Shown here one piece after another: positions 1 through 8,724 of a stretch of DNA of 64,000 nucleotides. The stretch comes from Candidatus Collierbacteria bacterium RIFOXYD2_FULL_45_13 (lineage in GTDB: Bacteria; Patescibacteriota; Microgenomatia; UBA1400; MFAQ01). Position 1 is the first letter of the stretch, and each line of letters opens with the position of its first letter. The stretch lies in assembly GCA_001774685.1 (NCBI GenBank), contig MFAS01000001.1, positions 961,252-1,025,251 of the forward strand, written 5' to 3'. Below the pieces are notes generated by a model, which saw nothing but the letters and a program-made list of their open reading frames with translations, had not been told where the DNA came from and did not search any database. Both the position numbers and the translations under genes were made by a program.

Positions 1-1286
1 CATGACACTCTCGCGGATATTTTTGGAACTTTCTCCTTTTTCTACTGTCGCCAAAATCTTTTCCGTTTCTACCGCCGGCACATTTATATGCAAATCAATT
101 CTATCCAAAATCGGTCCACTGATTCTTCTTTTGTATTTTTCAATTTCTCTCATTGAGCATTTGCATTCCTTTGTGGGGTGACCAAAGTATCCGCAAGGGC
201 AAGGATTCACCGCCGCCACCAATTGAAAAGATGCCGGATACTCTACTCTGCCGGCTACTCTGGATATCTCTACCTTACCGTCCTCCATCGGTTGCCTCAT
301 CGATTCCAATACACTTCGCGGAAACTCCGCCATCTCGTCCAGAAATAAAACGCCCAGATGGGCGAGCGATACTTCGCCCGGTACCGGCCTGCTTCCCCCA
401 CCAATCAGTCCCGCCATGCTGGTCGAATGATGTGGGGAGCGAAACGGCCGACGTCTGACTACGGCCTCACCGGCAATCATGAGACCCGCCGCCGAATAAA
501 TTCTCGTTACTTCCATACTTTCTTCTTCGCTCATAAGGGGCATAATTCCGGGCAGAGCTCTTGAAAGCATTGTTTTTCCCGATCCCGGTGGACCACTCAT
601 CAAAAGATTGTGTCCTCCTGCCGCCGAAATAATCAGGGCCCTTTTGGCCGTCTCTTGTCCCACAATGTCCGCCATGTCAAACTCCGGTGACGCCGCTTCG
701 ACTAAGCTTTTTATCTCAATTTTCTTCAAGGGTTCAATTTTCTTTTCCTCTATTAAGTGAAAAATTAACTCTTTCAAATTTCTGACCGGAATCACTTCGA
801 TATTCCTGACGACAGCAGCCTCATTTGCCGACAACACTGGCAGAAATATTCTCTTTTTGTTCTCTCGTTTCGCAAATAAAGCCACCAAAAGAGTTCCCTT
901 CGTATGTCTCAATCCACCATCAAGTGATAGCTCTCCATAATACAATCCTCCGATATCAACGTTCTGAGAACTGACATCTGAGATCTGAGATCCAATGGTG
1001 ATATCCCCATTCGCTACCAAAATTCCTACCGCAATCGGCAGATCATAGGCCGAGCCCTCTTTGGGCAAATCAGCCGGTGCTAAATTGACAATTATTTTTT
1101 TTTGAGGGAAAGCAAAACCACTATTAATCAGTGCCGTCTTCACCCTCTCTCTCGCTTCGGCTACTGCTTTGTCCGGCAAACCCACAATACTAAATCCAGG
1201 AAAACCTTTCTCGGCTACATCCACCTCCACCTCCACCAAAAAACTTTCCAAACCCACACAAGCGACACTTTCAATTCTCGCCAGCA
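1..1286 (-). CDS. comM: Mg-chelatase-like AAA+ ATPase ComM/YifB, 3' end beyond window edge
   Basis: Minus-strand translation begins [78 protein letters not shown], the classic YifB N-terminus. Walker [28 protein letters not shown] lies near nt 600. The ORF runs off the left edge, which is why it is absent from the ORF track. Confidence 0.85.
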
Positions 1287-1355
1287 TTACTCAGTATTTC
1301 ACTTTCACCATCAAAAAGCCACAAAAAAGGCCCCGATTGCTCGGAGCCACTCCAT

Positions 1356-1514
1356 CTACTTGTTATCGAATCCAAACAGAACCACGATCAGTAGGTCAAA
1401 GTAGATACTGTAGGCCATAAACGAAAGTCCAGCCACCAGCCCGATCGAGGAGCAGAAAGCCATAATCAAAAAAACTAAACCAAAACTGTTTAGTATCTTC
1501 CCTTCGCCGATCAT
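1356..1514 (-). CDS. small hydrophobic peptide (52 aa), hypothetical
   Basis: ATG preceded by ACGGAGG four nt upstream. Translation MIGEGKILNSFGLVFLIMAFCSSIGLVAGLSFMAYSIYFDLLIVVLFGFDNK is TM-like. It is below the track size cutoff. Confidence 0.3.
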   Translation of the reverse strand: MIGEGKILNSFGLVFLIMAFCSSIGLVAGLSFMAYSIYFDLLIVVLFGFDNK

Positions 1515-1526
1515 ATTACCTCCGTT

Positions 1527-1700
1527 TTATCTGTCATCTTGCTTTTGGGTTAACTTGGCGAGCTCTTCTTCCAGGTCCAAAATACGCGTCCCCAGACCTG
1601 ACATCCGAAACGCACAAATAATCAACAACAAACCTGCAAACCAGTACTCAGTACCTCCAAGAATCGCTAGTCCGACAAAAAAGCATATTAAAGACAACAT
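1527..1700 (-). CDS. small hydrophobic peptide (57 aa), hypothetical
   Basis: AAGGAGG then ATG. Translation MLSLICFFVGLAILGGTEYWFAGLLLIICAFRMSGLGTRILDLEEELAKLTQKQDDR. Its stop abuts the Shine-Dalgarno of the next small ORF. Confidence 0.3.
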   Translation of the reverse strand: MLSLICFFVGLAILGGTEYWFAGLLLIICAFRMSGLGTRILDLEEELAKLTQKQDDR

Positions 1701-1810
1701 CACGCCTCCTTCGAATTTTCAAGTACTCGGCACGAACTAACAACTTATGCCAAAATATACCACACCCATGCCTGATTTGCAACTATAGGATTCGTCTTGG
1801 CCACAGAAAA

Positions 1811-1826
1811 CCCCGCCGAAGCGGGG
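1811..1826. terminator. Rho-independent terminator hairpin ccccgc-cgaa-gcgggg
   Basis: GC stem flanked by an A-run (plus strand) and a T-run (minus strand), directly downstream of the minus-strand ORF ending at 1836. Confidence 0.5.
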
Positions 1827-1835
1827 TATAAATAA

Positions 1836-2645
1836 CTAACCTGGATAAAAAGGGTCGAGAGCGTGTGATCTGAGTGCGGCTTCCTCGAGAGTTGTCAGGT
1901 TGAACTTGTCGATCAAATAGAATTGATCGGGGATTCCCTTACCCACAACTACGCACCCAATTATGAGCGGGTCCGCCGGCACAGGCTGGATGATCGCTGT
2001 TTTTCGAACTTCCCATACTTCCGGTGCCTCAGATACCAGTACTAGACCACCGGGCTTGAAAAGGCGGGACTTCTCTGCTCTCTTAACTTTCAGGTTCGTG
2101 GAGAGTGGGATATTGCCAGAAAAGTGTGCCGAAATGCTAATCGCCTGGCGACTCTTCCGGGCAATGTCCAAAAGATAATCGGCCACGGGCAAATATTGGA
2201 CCGCTAGTTGGGGATGTAAGTATGGTCTTGTTGAAAAAGTATCTCCGCTTTCATCGGGCGTCACTGAAAGTGAGAAGTCTTGAGAATCCAATGACAGAAC
2301 AATAAAGGAGGGTAAACCGTCCGGCCGTCTCCAGGAAACGAAAGATGGATCAATTACCTGAGGATAACCGGCCAGAGCCATCTCAAAATGCTTCTCCGCT
2401 CGCCTCAGTTCGACCAGTTTCTGAGAGCTGGATTCTTGAACACCCTCAACTTTGAAATGTCTCCCCGAACTGGCATACCGTTGAACAACTTTAATCTCTT
2501 GCCGAATTGCCTTTAGTGTTCCGGTAAGCCAGCGGTGATCTTGGTTTTGTGGTACCACCACTACGGTCCCCAAGACTCTTCTGAATAGATCGGTTTCATC
2601 TGCCGTCACTTCGATTAGGGGTCTCGTGAGCAAATCGAGGTTCAT
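1836..2645 (-). CDS. hypothetical cytoplasmic protein (269 aa)
   Basis: Long ORF, ATGA-coupled to the upstream lipoprotein gene. No motif I can name. Confidence 0.55.
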   Translation of the reverse strand: MNLDLLTRPLIEVTADETDLFRRVLGTVVVVPQNQDHRWLTGTLKAIRQEIKVVQRYASSGRHFKVEGVQESSSQKLVELRRAEKHFEMALAGYPQVIDPSFVSWRRPDGLPSFIVLSLDSQDFSLSVTPDESGDTFSTRPYLHPQLAVQYLPVADYLLDIARKSRQAISISAHFSGNIPLSTNLKVKRAEKSRLFKPGGLVLVSEAPEVWEVRKTAIIQPVPADPLIIGCVVVGKGIPDQFYLIDKFNLTTLEEAALRSHALDPFYPG

Positions 2646-3457
2646 AGGTTACCTCCTCTTTTTTCAAATATCGTACCTTTCACGTCCAAGCCTTGATGGA
2701 TCTCCCGAAGATTCACCACCAAAGGTTCGTCTGATCGGCCACTTGGTCTTGACTCGTATCGTATTTCCGTTCCATCTGGTCGAATAGCGCGAAGAAGAGG
2801 ACGTCGCAATCGAATCAATCCAAACGTCATCATTCCCAGTAGTACAAGGAAAGGAACCAGCCAACAGTTGGCGGCTACAGCCGGCCCGGCGGAAGGTAAG
2901 AAAAACAAAATCACTATCAAGACTGCTGTTAGAACCACATTGGCTATGGCGACTTTGATCCAATCCTTGGTAATTAACCCAGTTATCAGCGATGAAACCA
3001 TCAGTAATAGGCCGTAAACTACCAGATATCCTCCCACCGGACTGGAAGTCAAACTCCAGGCAAACATAGTTTTATCCAGCACGGTGAAAGGATCCCACTT
3101 GAATTCCACCATGCTGGTAGCAATGGATCCATCCAAACGATTGACCTCAGCCGTGATTGTATATTCACCCGGCGCATAAAGAGGCATGTCCGGACAACTT
3201 TGGTCTACAGCATTCGCCTTGACCAAACACACCACAGCTTCCGATTGCTCTCCAGTTGAAAACCGGACAATTTTATCGTTCTGATAGGTGGAACTAACAA
3301 TCAAAGGAGCATATTGGTACGCTCCCGAATATTCATCCCGAAAGACTTGACCCCAAGCGGGCGTTGAAAAAGAAATGGTACCAGTCTCTCTTGGTGCACA
3401 ACTCACAAGTATTAGGGCCAAAATGAATACGGCCAACAGGATAACAATCTTCTTCAT
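2642..3457 (-). CDS. membrane lipoprotein: ectodomain plus three C-terminal TM helices
   Basis: N-terminus MKKIVILLAVFILALILVSC (signal peptide plus lipobox), then a hydrophobic C-terminal third. Confidence 0.6.
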   Translation of the reverse strand: MKKIVILLAVFILALILVSCAPRETGTISFSTPAWGQVFRDEYSGAYQYAPLIVSSTYQNDKIVRFSTGEQSEAVVCLVKANAVDQSCPDMPLYAPGEYTITAEVNRLDGSIATSMVEFKWDPFTVLDKTMFAWSLTSSPVGGYLVVYGLLLMVSSLITGLITKDWIKVAIANVVLTAVLIVILFFLPSAGPAVAANCWLVPFLVLLGMMTFGLIRLRRPLLRAIRPDGTEIRYESRPSGRSDEPLVVNLREIHQGLDVKGTIFEKRGGNL

Positions 3458-3560
3458 CTTGACCTCCTATGTCAAAGATCGGAAATCATTAAAACTAGTG
3501 AAGTTTAGCTTATAACAACGCAGCCGTCAACAAGCACGAACACAAACCTATCCTATATAC

Positions 3561-3589
3561 TTGCATTCTAGCCTCACCCATGATATAAT
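3561..3589 (+). promoter_or_regulatory. sigma70-type promoter TTGCAT-17-TATAAT
   Basis: Near-consensus hexamers with a 17-nt spacer, about 65 nt upstream of the SD-supported start at 3654. Confidence 0.5.
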
Positions 3590-3653
3590 TCCCCCACCAG
3601 AACGTTTACACTCCTGCCTAGTGCAGGAACAATCCATCCCCAAAGGAGGTCTC

Positions 3654-4313
3654 ATGTCTCTTAAAGTCTATCTCGCTCGCCATGGGGCCTCGATCAACTA
3701 CGACGCCCTAGAAAATGACGAAGATGTCGACGTTTGTCGGCAAAGCCTACTTACTCCTCTCGGTCCAAAAGGTATCGCACAGGCGGAGAAACTCGGACTC
3801 CAGGTAGCTAGATTAAAACCTGACGTTATGCTCGTCAGTCCGTATCGTCGTGCTAAAGAAACGGGTGAGAAAGCCGCTGAGATATATCCGCTTTTCCCCA
3901 ATCCCGTCGACGATCTTGGCGAAATCCGTCGCATCGTCGATGGACACAATATCTACAGCGATACCAACCTCAAATACAAAAAATGGCGAGGTGAGGCCAT
4001 CCGAACTGGAGATTTGAAGGGAAGATTCCATGCTTCTGATGAATCGTTCGGAGAGTTCTTTCAAAGAACAATCAGATTCAAAAAGTGGCTACCTCTGGAG
4101 CTAGATAATCAGAGTATTCTGGTGATCGGGCATAGCCAGTTCTTCGCCATGCTCCTCACTAGCATCATCCATGGCGACAATCCACATCCGTCAAGCCTCT
4201 TTGGTTGCTTTAACCATCACTTCATGGATCATTGTGGTATCACCACTGTCGAGTGGCATCCACGCAAGGGATGGAAAATTATTGATTTCAACAACACATC
4301 CCATCTCAAATAA
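3654..4313 (+). CDS. histidine phosphatase (phosphoglycerate mutase-like) family protein
   Basis: VYLARHGAS (RHG catalytic motif) and SPYRRAKETG. The start is trimmed from the track ORF (3561) to an ATG preceded by AAAGGAGG. Confidence 0.75.
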   Translation: MSLKVYLARHGASINYDALENDEDVDVCRQSLLTPLGPKGIAQAEKLGLQVARLKPDVMLVSPYRRAKETGEKAAEIYPLFPNPVDDLGEIRRIVDGHNIYSDTNLKYKKWRGEAIRTGDLKGRFHASDESFGEFFQRTIRFKKWLPLELDNQSILVIGHSQFFAMLLTSIIHGDNPHPSSLFGCFNHHFMDHCGITTVEWHPRKGWKIIDFNNTSHLK

Positions 4314-4338
4314 CGCCCCGCATCCGCGGGGCGTTTTT
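4314..4338 (+). terminator. Rho-independent terminator cgccccgcatccgcggggcg followed by TTTTT
   Basis: Perfect GC stem plus T-run immediately after the stop codon. Confidence 0.6.
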
Positions 4339-4347
4339 CGTACTCAC

Positions 4348-4461
4348 TTATTTCCTTTTTTCAAAAATCAGGCGAAGTAACTTCTCGGTATACGGATTAA
4401 TAATCGTTACGATCCGTATAAATGCGTACGAAATCCCCAAGACGATAAACAGGGCAGCCAT
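4348..4461 (-). CDS. possible small hydrophobic peptide (37 aa)
   Basis: ATCGGAGG then ATG. Translation MAALFIVLGISYAFIRIVTIINPYTEKLLRLIFEKRK. Speculative. Confidence 0.2.
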   Translation of the reverse strand: MAALFIVLGISYAFIRIVTIINPYTEKLLRLIFEKRK

Positions 4462-4526
4462 AAAATTGATCACTCGAACCTCCGATTATTGTTCTCACGC
4501 ATTATAAACCCATTTTGCCCAACACC

Positions 4527-5360
4527 TCATTCCAGTCTGTATCTCCCACCAGCTTCAGATACCATTCCACACAACGTCAGTTCGGTCAGCTTCCCCAGCA
4601 CTTGGGCCACGTTCATTTTAAGTAGTCGCGATAGTTCGTCTACAGATCTTTCCCCGTCGGCCAGAAGCAACAACATTGGATCACTATGTTCAATTTCCAG
4701 CTTCAACTGCCCGGGTAAAAGCCCCATTTCTTTGAGAATATCCTCCGCACACGTCACAGCCTTGGCTTTGCCATCACGGATGAGTCCATTTGTTCCTTCT
4801 GCCACCCGGCACGTCACTTGCCCCGGTAAAGCCAGAAGCTTCTTACCAAATTTATTGGCCAGGCGCGCTGTAATCATGCTTCCGGACTTCGTCGACCCTT
4901 CCACTACAAGCACAGCGTCCGATATCCCGGCCACGATCCTATTTCTTTGAGGAAAATACCACAGCAGCGGTGTTGTTTTTCCTTCATACTCTGACACCAT
5001 CAAACTATCAACTTCTAGTATTTTCTGATACAACTCCTCATCTTGGGAGGCTACTGGCCAATCAATCCCCCAGCCCAAAACCGCTATCGTCTTACCTCCA
5101 TTCTCAATACAGGCTGTGTGTGCGGCCTGATCCACTCCATACATGAATCCGGATACTATCGTCACTCCCCGCTCAACCAGCACGGGCATCCACTTCTCGA
5201 TTACTCTCTGTCCATACTCGGTCATGCGCCTGGACCCGACAATCGCAAGCTTCGGACTAGCGTTCAACAGCAGATCGATCTTTCCCTTATAAAACACGCT
5301 TTTCACCTCCGGCTTTATCTTCAACAAGCTCTCGCACCAGTTATCTCTTACAAGCTCCAT
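4527..5360 (-). CDS. dprA: DNA processing protein A (DprA/Smf)
   Basis: Rossmann-like DprA core IVGSRRMTEYGQRVIEKWMPVLVERGVTIVSGFMYGVDQAAHTACIENGGKTIAVLGWGID, followed by a C-terminal winged-helix tail. Confidence 0.9.
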   Translation of the reverse strand: MELVRDNWCESLLKIKPEVKSVFYKGKIDLLLNASPKLAIVGSRRMTEYGQRVIEKWMPVLVERGVTIVSGFMYGVDQAAHTACIENGGKTIAVLGWGIDWPVASQDEELYQKILEVDSLMVSEYEGKTTPLLWYFPQRNRIVAGISDAVLVVEGSTKSGSMITARLANKFGKKLLALPGQVTCRVAEGTNGLIRDGKAKAVTCAEDILKEMGLLPGQLKLEIEHSDPMLLLLADGERSVDELSRLLKMNVAQVLGKLTELTLCGMVSEAGGRYRLE

Positions 5361-5399
5361 ACTCTAATCATAGCGTCCACTGAGACGAGGCAGGCTTTC

Positions 5400-5428
5400 T
5401 TGACTTATAGTATGAAATACTGTATAAT
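5400..5428 (+). promoter_or_regulatory. consensus sigma70 promoter TTGACT-17-TATAAT
   Basis: Sits in the dprA / 5490 divergent intergenic region. An inverted repeat cgttcaTTGACAttttgaacg (about 5449-5469) lies between it and the SD AAAGGAGG. Confidence 0.6.
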
Positions 5429-5489
5429 CATCAACGTACGAAATTCTGTCGTTCATTGACATTTTGAACGTAAAAGGAGGTAATTCCCC

Positions 5490-6278
5490 ATGTTCGAATG
5501 CCGCTATTGTGGCAACGTGTTCGAAAAGCTGACCGATGTCGGGGCCTGTCCCGCCTGTGGCGGACCCAAGCCAAAATGTCTTCAGCCTGAGGTTCTCACC
5601 ATGATTGTGGATCGGTATGTTTACATGCCCGCCACTTCACGGTCTCCCGAGTACTACACTCCGCCTCAGCGGACCTTGAAGCAACAGGCTTATAGCACAC
5701 TGGGCTACAAACTCGTCGTTGGGTTTACGGCTCTCGCGGTGACTGCCTTTGTTGCCTGGTTCGCCTATCTCTGGTTCTTCTATGACTTAGGCGCCCCCAA
5801 AGATGCCGATCCCAGCTTCCGCGACTACATTCCTACTTCAGTTGCCTCGCCCACCACCTACGTCATCGAGAACCCGTGGTCGAATACGATCTGGCTATCC
5901 AGCTCGGAAGCACTGGCATTGCGTACCCAGGAGCAGGTGATTCATCTGGCCTACCTCAGCCGAGGTGAAGCCAAGTATACCAATCAAAGCGCCATCTTCG
6001 ACGCCAACAGTTGGTCGCGAACCACACCCCTGGGAGTTTCACAACTCTCCACTTCCGGTACCGGCGTGACGATCACGGTCAATGGGTCTGAGTATCATCT
6101 CAACATCCTTCAGCCGTTCGTCATCGCCAACCAACCCCAGACCATCTTCATTGTTGATCTCACCGGTCAAATCTGGTCTGTCGGCGTGGCCAGTGCCAAT
6201 TTGGTTGATCTGCAGACGGCCCAAAGCCGTTTGACCGTCACCATCACCCCCAACGGGGATCTCAGCCTCACCTATTAA
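5490..6278 (+). CDS. membrane protein: N-terminal zinc ribbon (CxxC..CxxC), one TM helix, extracytoplasmic beta-rich domain
   Basis: MFECRYCGNVFEKLTDVGACPACGG; hydrophobic helix LVVGFTALAVTAFVAWFAYLWFF; strong SD. Confidence 0.6.
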   Translation: MFECRYCGNVFEKLTDVGACPACGGPKPKCLQPEVLTMIVDRYVYMPATSRSPEYYTPPQRTLKQQAYSTLGYKLVVGFTALAVTAFVAWFAYLWFFYDLGAPKDADPSFRDYIPTSVASPTTYVIENPWSNTIWLSSSEALALRTQEQVIHLAYLSRGEAKYTNQSAIFDANSWSRTTPLGVSQLSTSGTGVTITVNGSEYHLNILQPFVIANQPQTIFIVDLTGQIWSVGVASANLVDLQTAQSRLTVTITPNGDLSLTY

Positions 6279-6292
6279 GAAGGAGAACCTAA

Positions 6293-8107
6293 ATGAACCT
6301 CACCTTGTTTATCCTCGGCTTTACTGCCTTGGCTATGGTGGCCGGCCTCATCTACGAAATGATGAACGGCCGCGACCACAGCCTAAGGGCAACCCTTACG
6401 ATAACAGGTATTCTCGCCCTGATCATCAACTGGGTCGCTATCTGGCTGATCACTGTGCCCTTCACCCACTTCATGACCGGGTATCTGTTGATGGTCTACA
6501 TCAATCTGATCATCCCGATCATCGCCAGTGCCATCGCTGGTGCCAGCAACGAAACCATGAATGGTGCCATCACCGGCATTGTCGTCGTTGTCCTGCTTTT
6601 CGTTTCCACCGGCATAGTCGTTCCCATGAGTACCACACCTCGCTGGTGTGATGACGCAGGAATCAGTGAAAAGATCGGCCTGCTCAAGCTGGAACCCGCC
6701 CCGGAAGGAATGCTCTATCACGAAACTGCCCTGGACCAGCTCATCAAAGTTCCCGCCAGTGCTGCACTCACCAAAGCCGGCAACGAACTCAGTGGCGGCG
6801 AGAACGTTGCCCTCGGCAACTACTTGCAACCCAATCAGGCTTACCTGACCCGTGTGCGTGGCATCCCCACCTACGTAATTGATTTGAAGGTTACGCAGGC
6901 TCTGGGCTTCCGCAACGCAGGCCGTGTCGTGCCTGGATACCTCTTGGTCAACGCAGTCGATCCAAACGCTCCGGTAGAATTTCGTCGTGGTTACCAGCTG
7001 CGTTACGTTCCCTCAGGCATGTTCAGCTTGGACTTGGATCGCCGTGCCTATTTCCAGTTCGAGCTCGGCGCTAACGCCCGCCTAGAAGATCTCGATGGCA
7101 TGGAGGTTGATGACACGTTGTACCCAACCTACACCGGCACCATCATGAGCCATGTCCTCAGCTACAAGAGTGTGGCCCCAACTGGAGTCTACCATTTCGA
7201 CCCAGCAACTGGACAGGGCGAGGTTGTTGCCTTGGCGGACATACCCACAAAACTCCCCCACCTCGACCGCGTCTACCCTCTTGACTGGGTTAAGGACCAG
7301 GTCACTCTCTGGGGTAAGTTTGCCAACCACGAATCCTGCACCCTGAACCAGAACGGTCAAGTTCAAATTGATAACGCCGATGACGTGATCACACCTGAAG
7401 GTATCGAATACCAAATCACCATGACCGGTATGGGTAACGATCCCTCCATGACTCAATTGATCGCGGTCAATCCGACCACTGGTCACGGCTACATCTTCCC
7501 GTTGACTGGCAAATCAGTCGAGTCAATCAGAGACGCCTACGGTCGACTCACGAAACAAATCTACAATCAGGAACTTAAAGTCGACGAGTGCGAACTCCAT
7601 GCCATCGATGGCGAACATGTAGTCTACTGCATCTTTACCTCGTCAGACGCCTACGGCAACACCAACGTCTCAGGCTATGGCTTCGTGGGACTTAACCGAG
7701 CCGAAAACGACGCTGACTACGCTGTTGGCAAAACCTTCGAAGATGCTTACCAGGAATACCGCAAAATTCGCGACACCGCTCAGGAGGAAATCAACCTCAC
7801 CAACACGGCCCACGATGTTACAATCATCGGCACTGTGTCCTCCAACGAATGGGTTAGCGACGAAAGTGGTGGGTCTCGCTTGATCAGCCTGGTGGAAGAT
7901 GGCACCAATGTATCCTACTGGCTCCTCGCTGACGGCACTTCGAAAAATGCCGCGGCCGCTCAGCCGGGACACCACGTCACCGTTACCGCGTACCAACGCA
8001 ACGGTCAACCCTATTTATCGGTCCGCTACATCACTGTCGATGGAGTACCCGACTTCGGTGGTAGCCTTTATTGGCACAACTTCATCGAGTGGTTGAAGTC
8101 TTGGTAA
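6293..8107 (+). CDS. hypothetical polytopic membrane protein with about 450-aa extracytoplasmic domain
   Basis: Four N-terminal hydrophobic helices then a long soluble domain. Starts 14 nt after the upstream gene. Confidence 0.6.
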   Translation: MNLTLFILGFTALAMVAGLIYEMMNGRDHSLRATLTITGILALIINWVAIWLITVPFTHFMTGYLLMVYINLIIPIIASAIAGASNETMNGAITGIVVVVLLFVSTGIVVPMSTTPRWCDDAGISEKIGLLKLEPAPEGMLYHETALDQLIKVPASAALTKAGNELSGGENVALGNYLQPNQAYLTRVRGIPTYVIDLKVTQALGFRNAGRVVPGYLLVNAVDPNAPVEFRRGYQLRYVPSGMFSLDLDRRAYFQFELGANARLEDLDGMEVDDTLYPTYTGTIMSHVLSYKSVAPTGVYHFDPATGQGEVVALADIPTKLPHLDRVYPLDWVKDQVTLWGKFANHESCTLNQNGQVQIDNADDVITPEGIEYQITMTGMGNDPSMTQLIAVNPTTGHGYIFPLTGKSVESIRDAYGRLTKQIYNQELKVDECELHAIDGEHVVYCIFTSSDAYGNTNVSGYGFVGLNRAENDADYAVGKTFEDAYQEYRKIRDTAQEEINLTNTAHDVTIIGTVSSNEWVSDESGGSRLISLVEDGTNVSYWLLADGTSKNAAAAQPGHHVTVTAYQRNGQPYLSVRYITVDGVPDFGGSLYWHNFIEWLKSW

Positions 8108-8141
8108 TTCCAACCAAGCCACTCTAGTTTCAGTTTCCTTC

Positions 8142-8167
8142 GCCCCTGCATCCGCAGGGGCGTTTTC
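8142..8167 (+). terminator. Rho-independent terminator gcccctgcatccgcaggggc plus T-run
   Basis: Perfect hairpin directly after the stop codon. Confidence 0.6.
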
Positions 8168-8217
8168 TATTCCCAAAAAATAATAAAAAAATGTATATAA
8201 AGTGCTAAAATGAAACT

Positions 8218-8715
8218 GTGATCATCGAGTTTACCAACGCTGTCCCTCCCAAGGGGCATTCGGCCATATCTGTGGCGATTGTCGTGGCCTCTTGCGCCTT
8301 CTTTTTTATTCCTACTTCCTTAATTATTCTTGGTTATTTATCTTCCCAGCCCACCGGCTCTCTCATCTCCCCCCTACCTCAGGGCGTTCTCAGTCAAACA
8401 CCGGCCCAACCTTCACCAACTATCACCCCCCTCATTGCCGCTCCACAAGAAACGCCGGCTTCGACCGAATCAAGCGTTCTTCCCTCGAGTAATAGTAATA
8501 TCACCGACAAAACAGCCACCATATCGGCCGGTCTATACGAAATCTCTGTAGCTGACCCGGACATCAAGACCACCAGTCAGATTTATCTTTCCCCGAGGGA
8601 TGGCGACAAATCCATTTACTCGGTCAAAAGCAAGCAAGATGGTCAAATGGTTATTTCTATAAACAGCCCTTCTGACACGGTACGATACGTTGACTACCAT
8701 ATCGTCAATCCCTAA
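8218..8715 (+). CDS. membrane-anchored protein with a Ser/Thr/Pro-rich linker and a small beta domain (GTG start per ORF track)
   Basis: One TM helix (ISVAIVVASCAFFFIPTSLIILGYL), then SQPTGSLISPLPQGVLSQTPAQPSPTITPLIAAPQETPASTESS low complexity. Confidence 0.45.
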   Translation: MIIEFTNAVPPKGHSAISVAIVVASCAFFFIPTSLIILGYLSSQPTGSLISPLPQGVLSQTPAQPSPTITPLIAAPQETPASTESSVLPSSNSNITDKTATISAGLYEISVADPDIKTTSQIYLSPRDGDKSIYSVKSKQDGQMVISINSPSDTVRYVDYHIVNP

Positions 8716-8724
8716 AATGTTTGT

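Noticed and set aside
153-1420. Plus-strand ORFs 153..458, 358..564, 1102..1404, 1169..1420
   Set aside because: Antisense to the clearly recognisable comM coding sequence.
3561-3653. Upstream ATG of the histidine phosphatase ORF
   Set aside because: A TTGCAT-17-TATAAT promoter occupies this stretch, and an internal ATG at 3654 has a strong Shine-Dalgarno.
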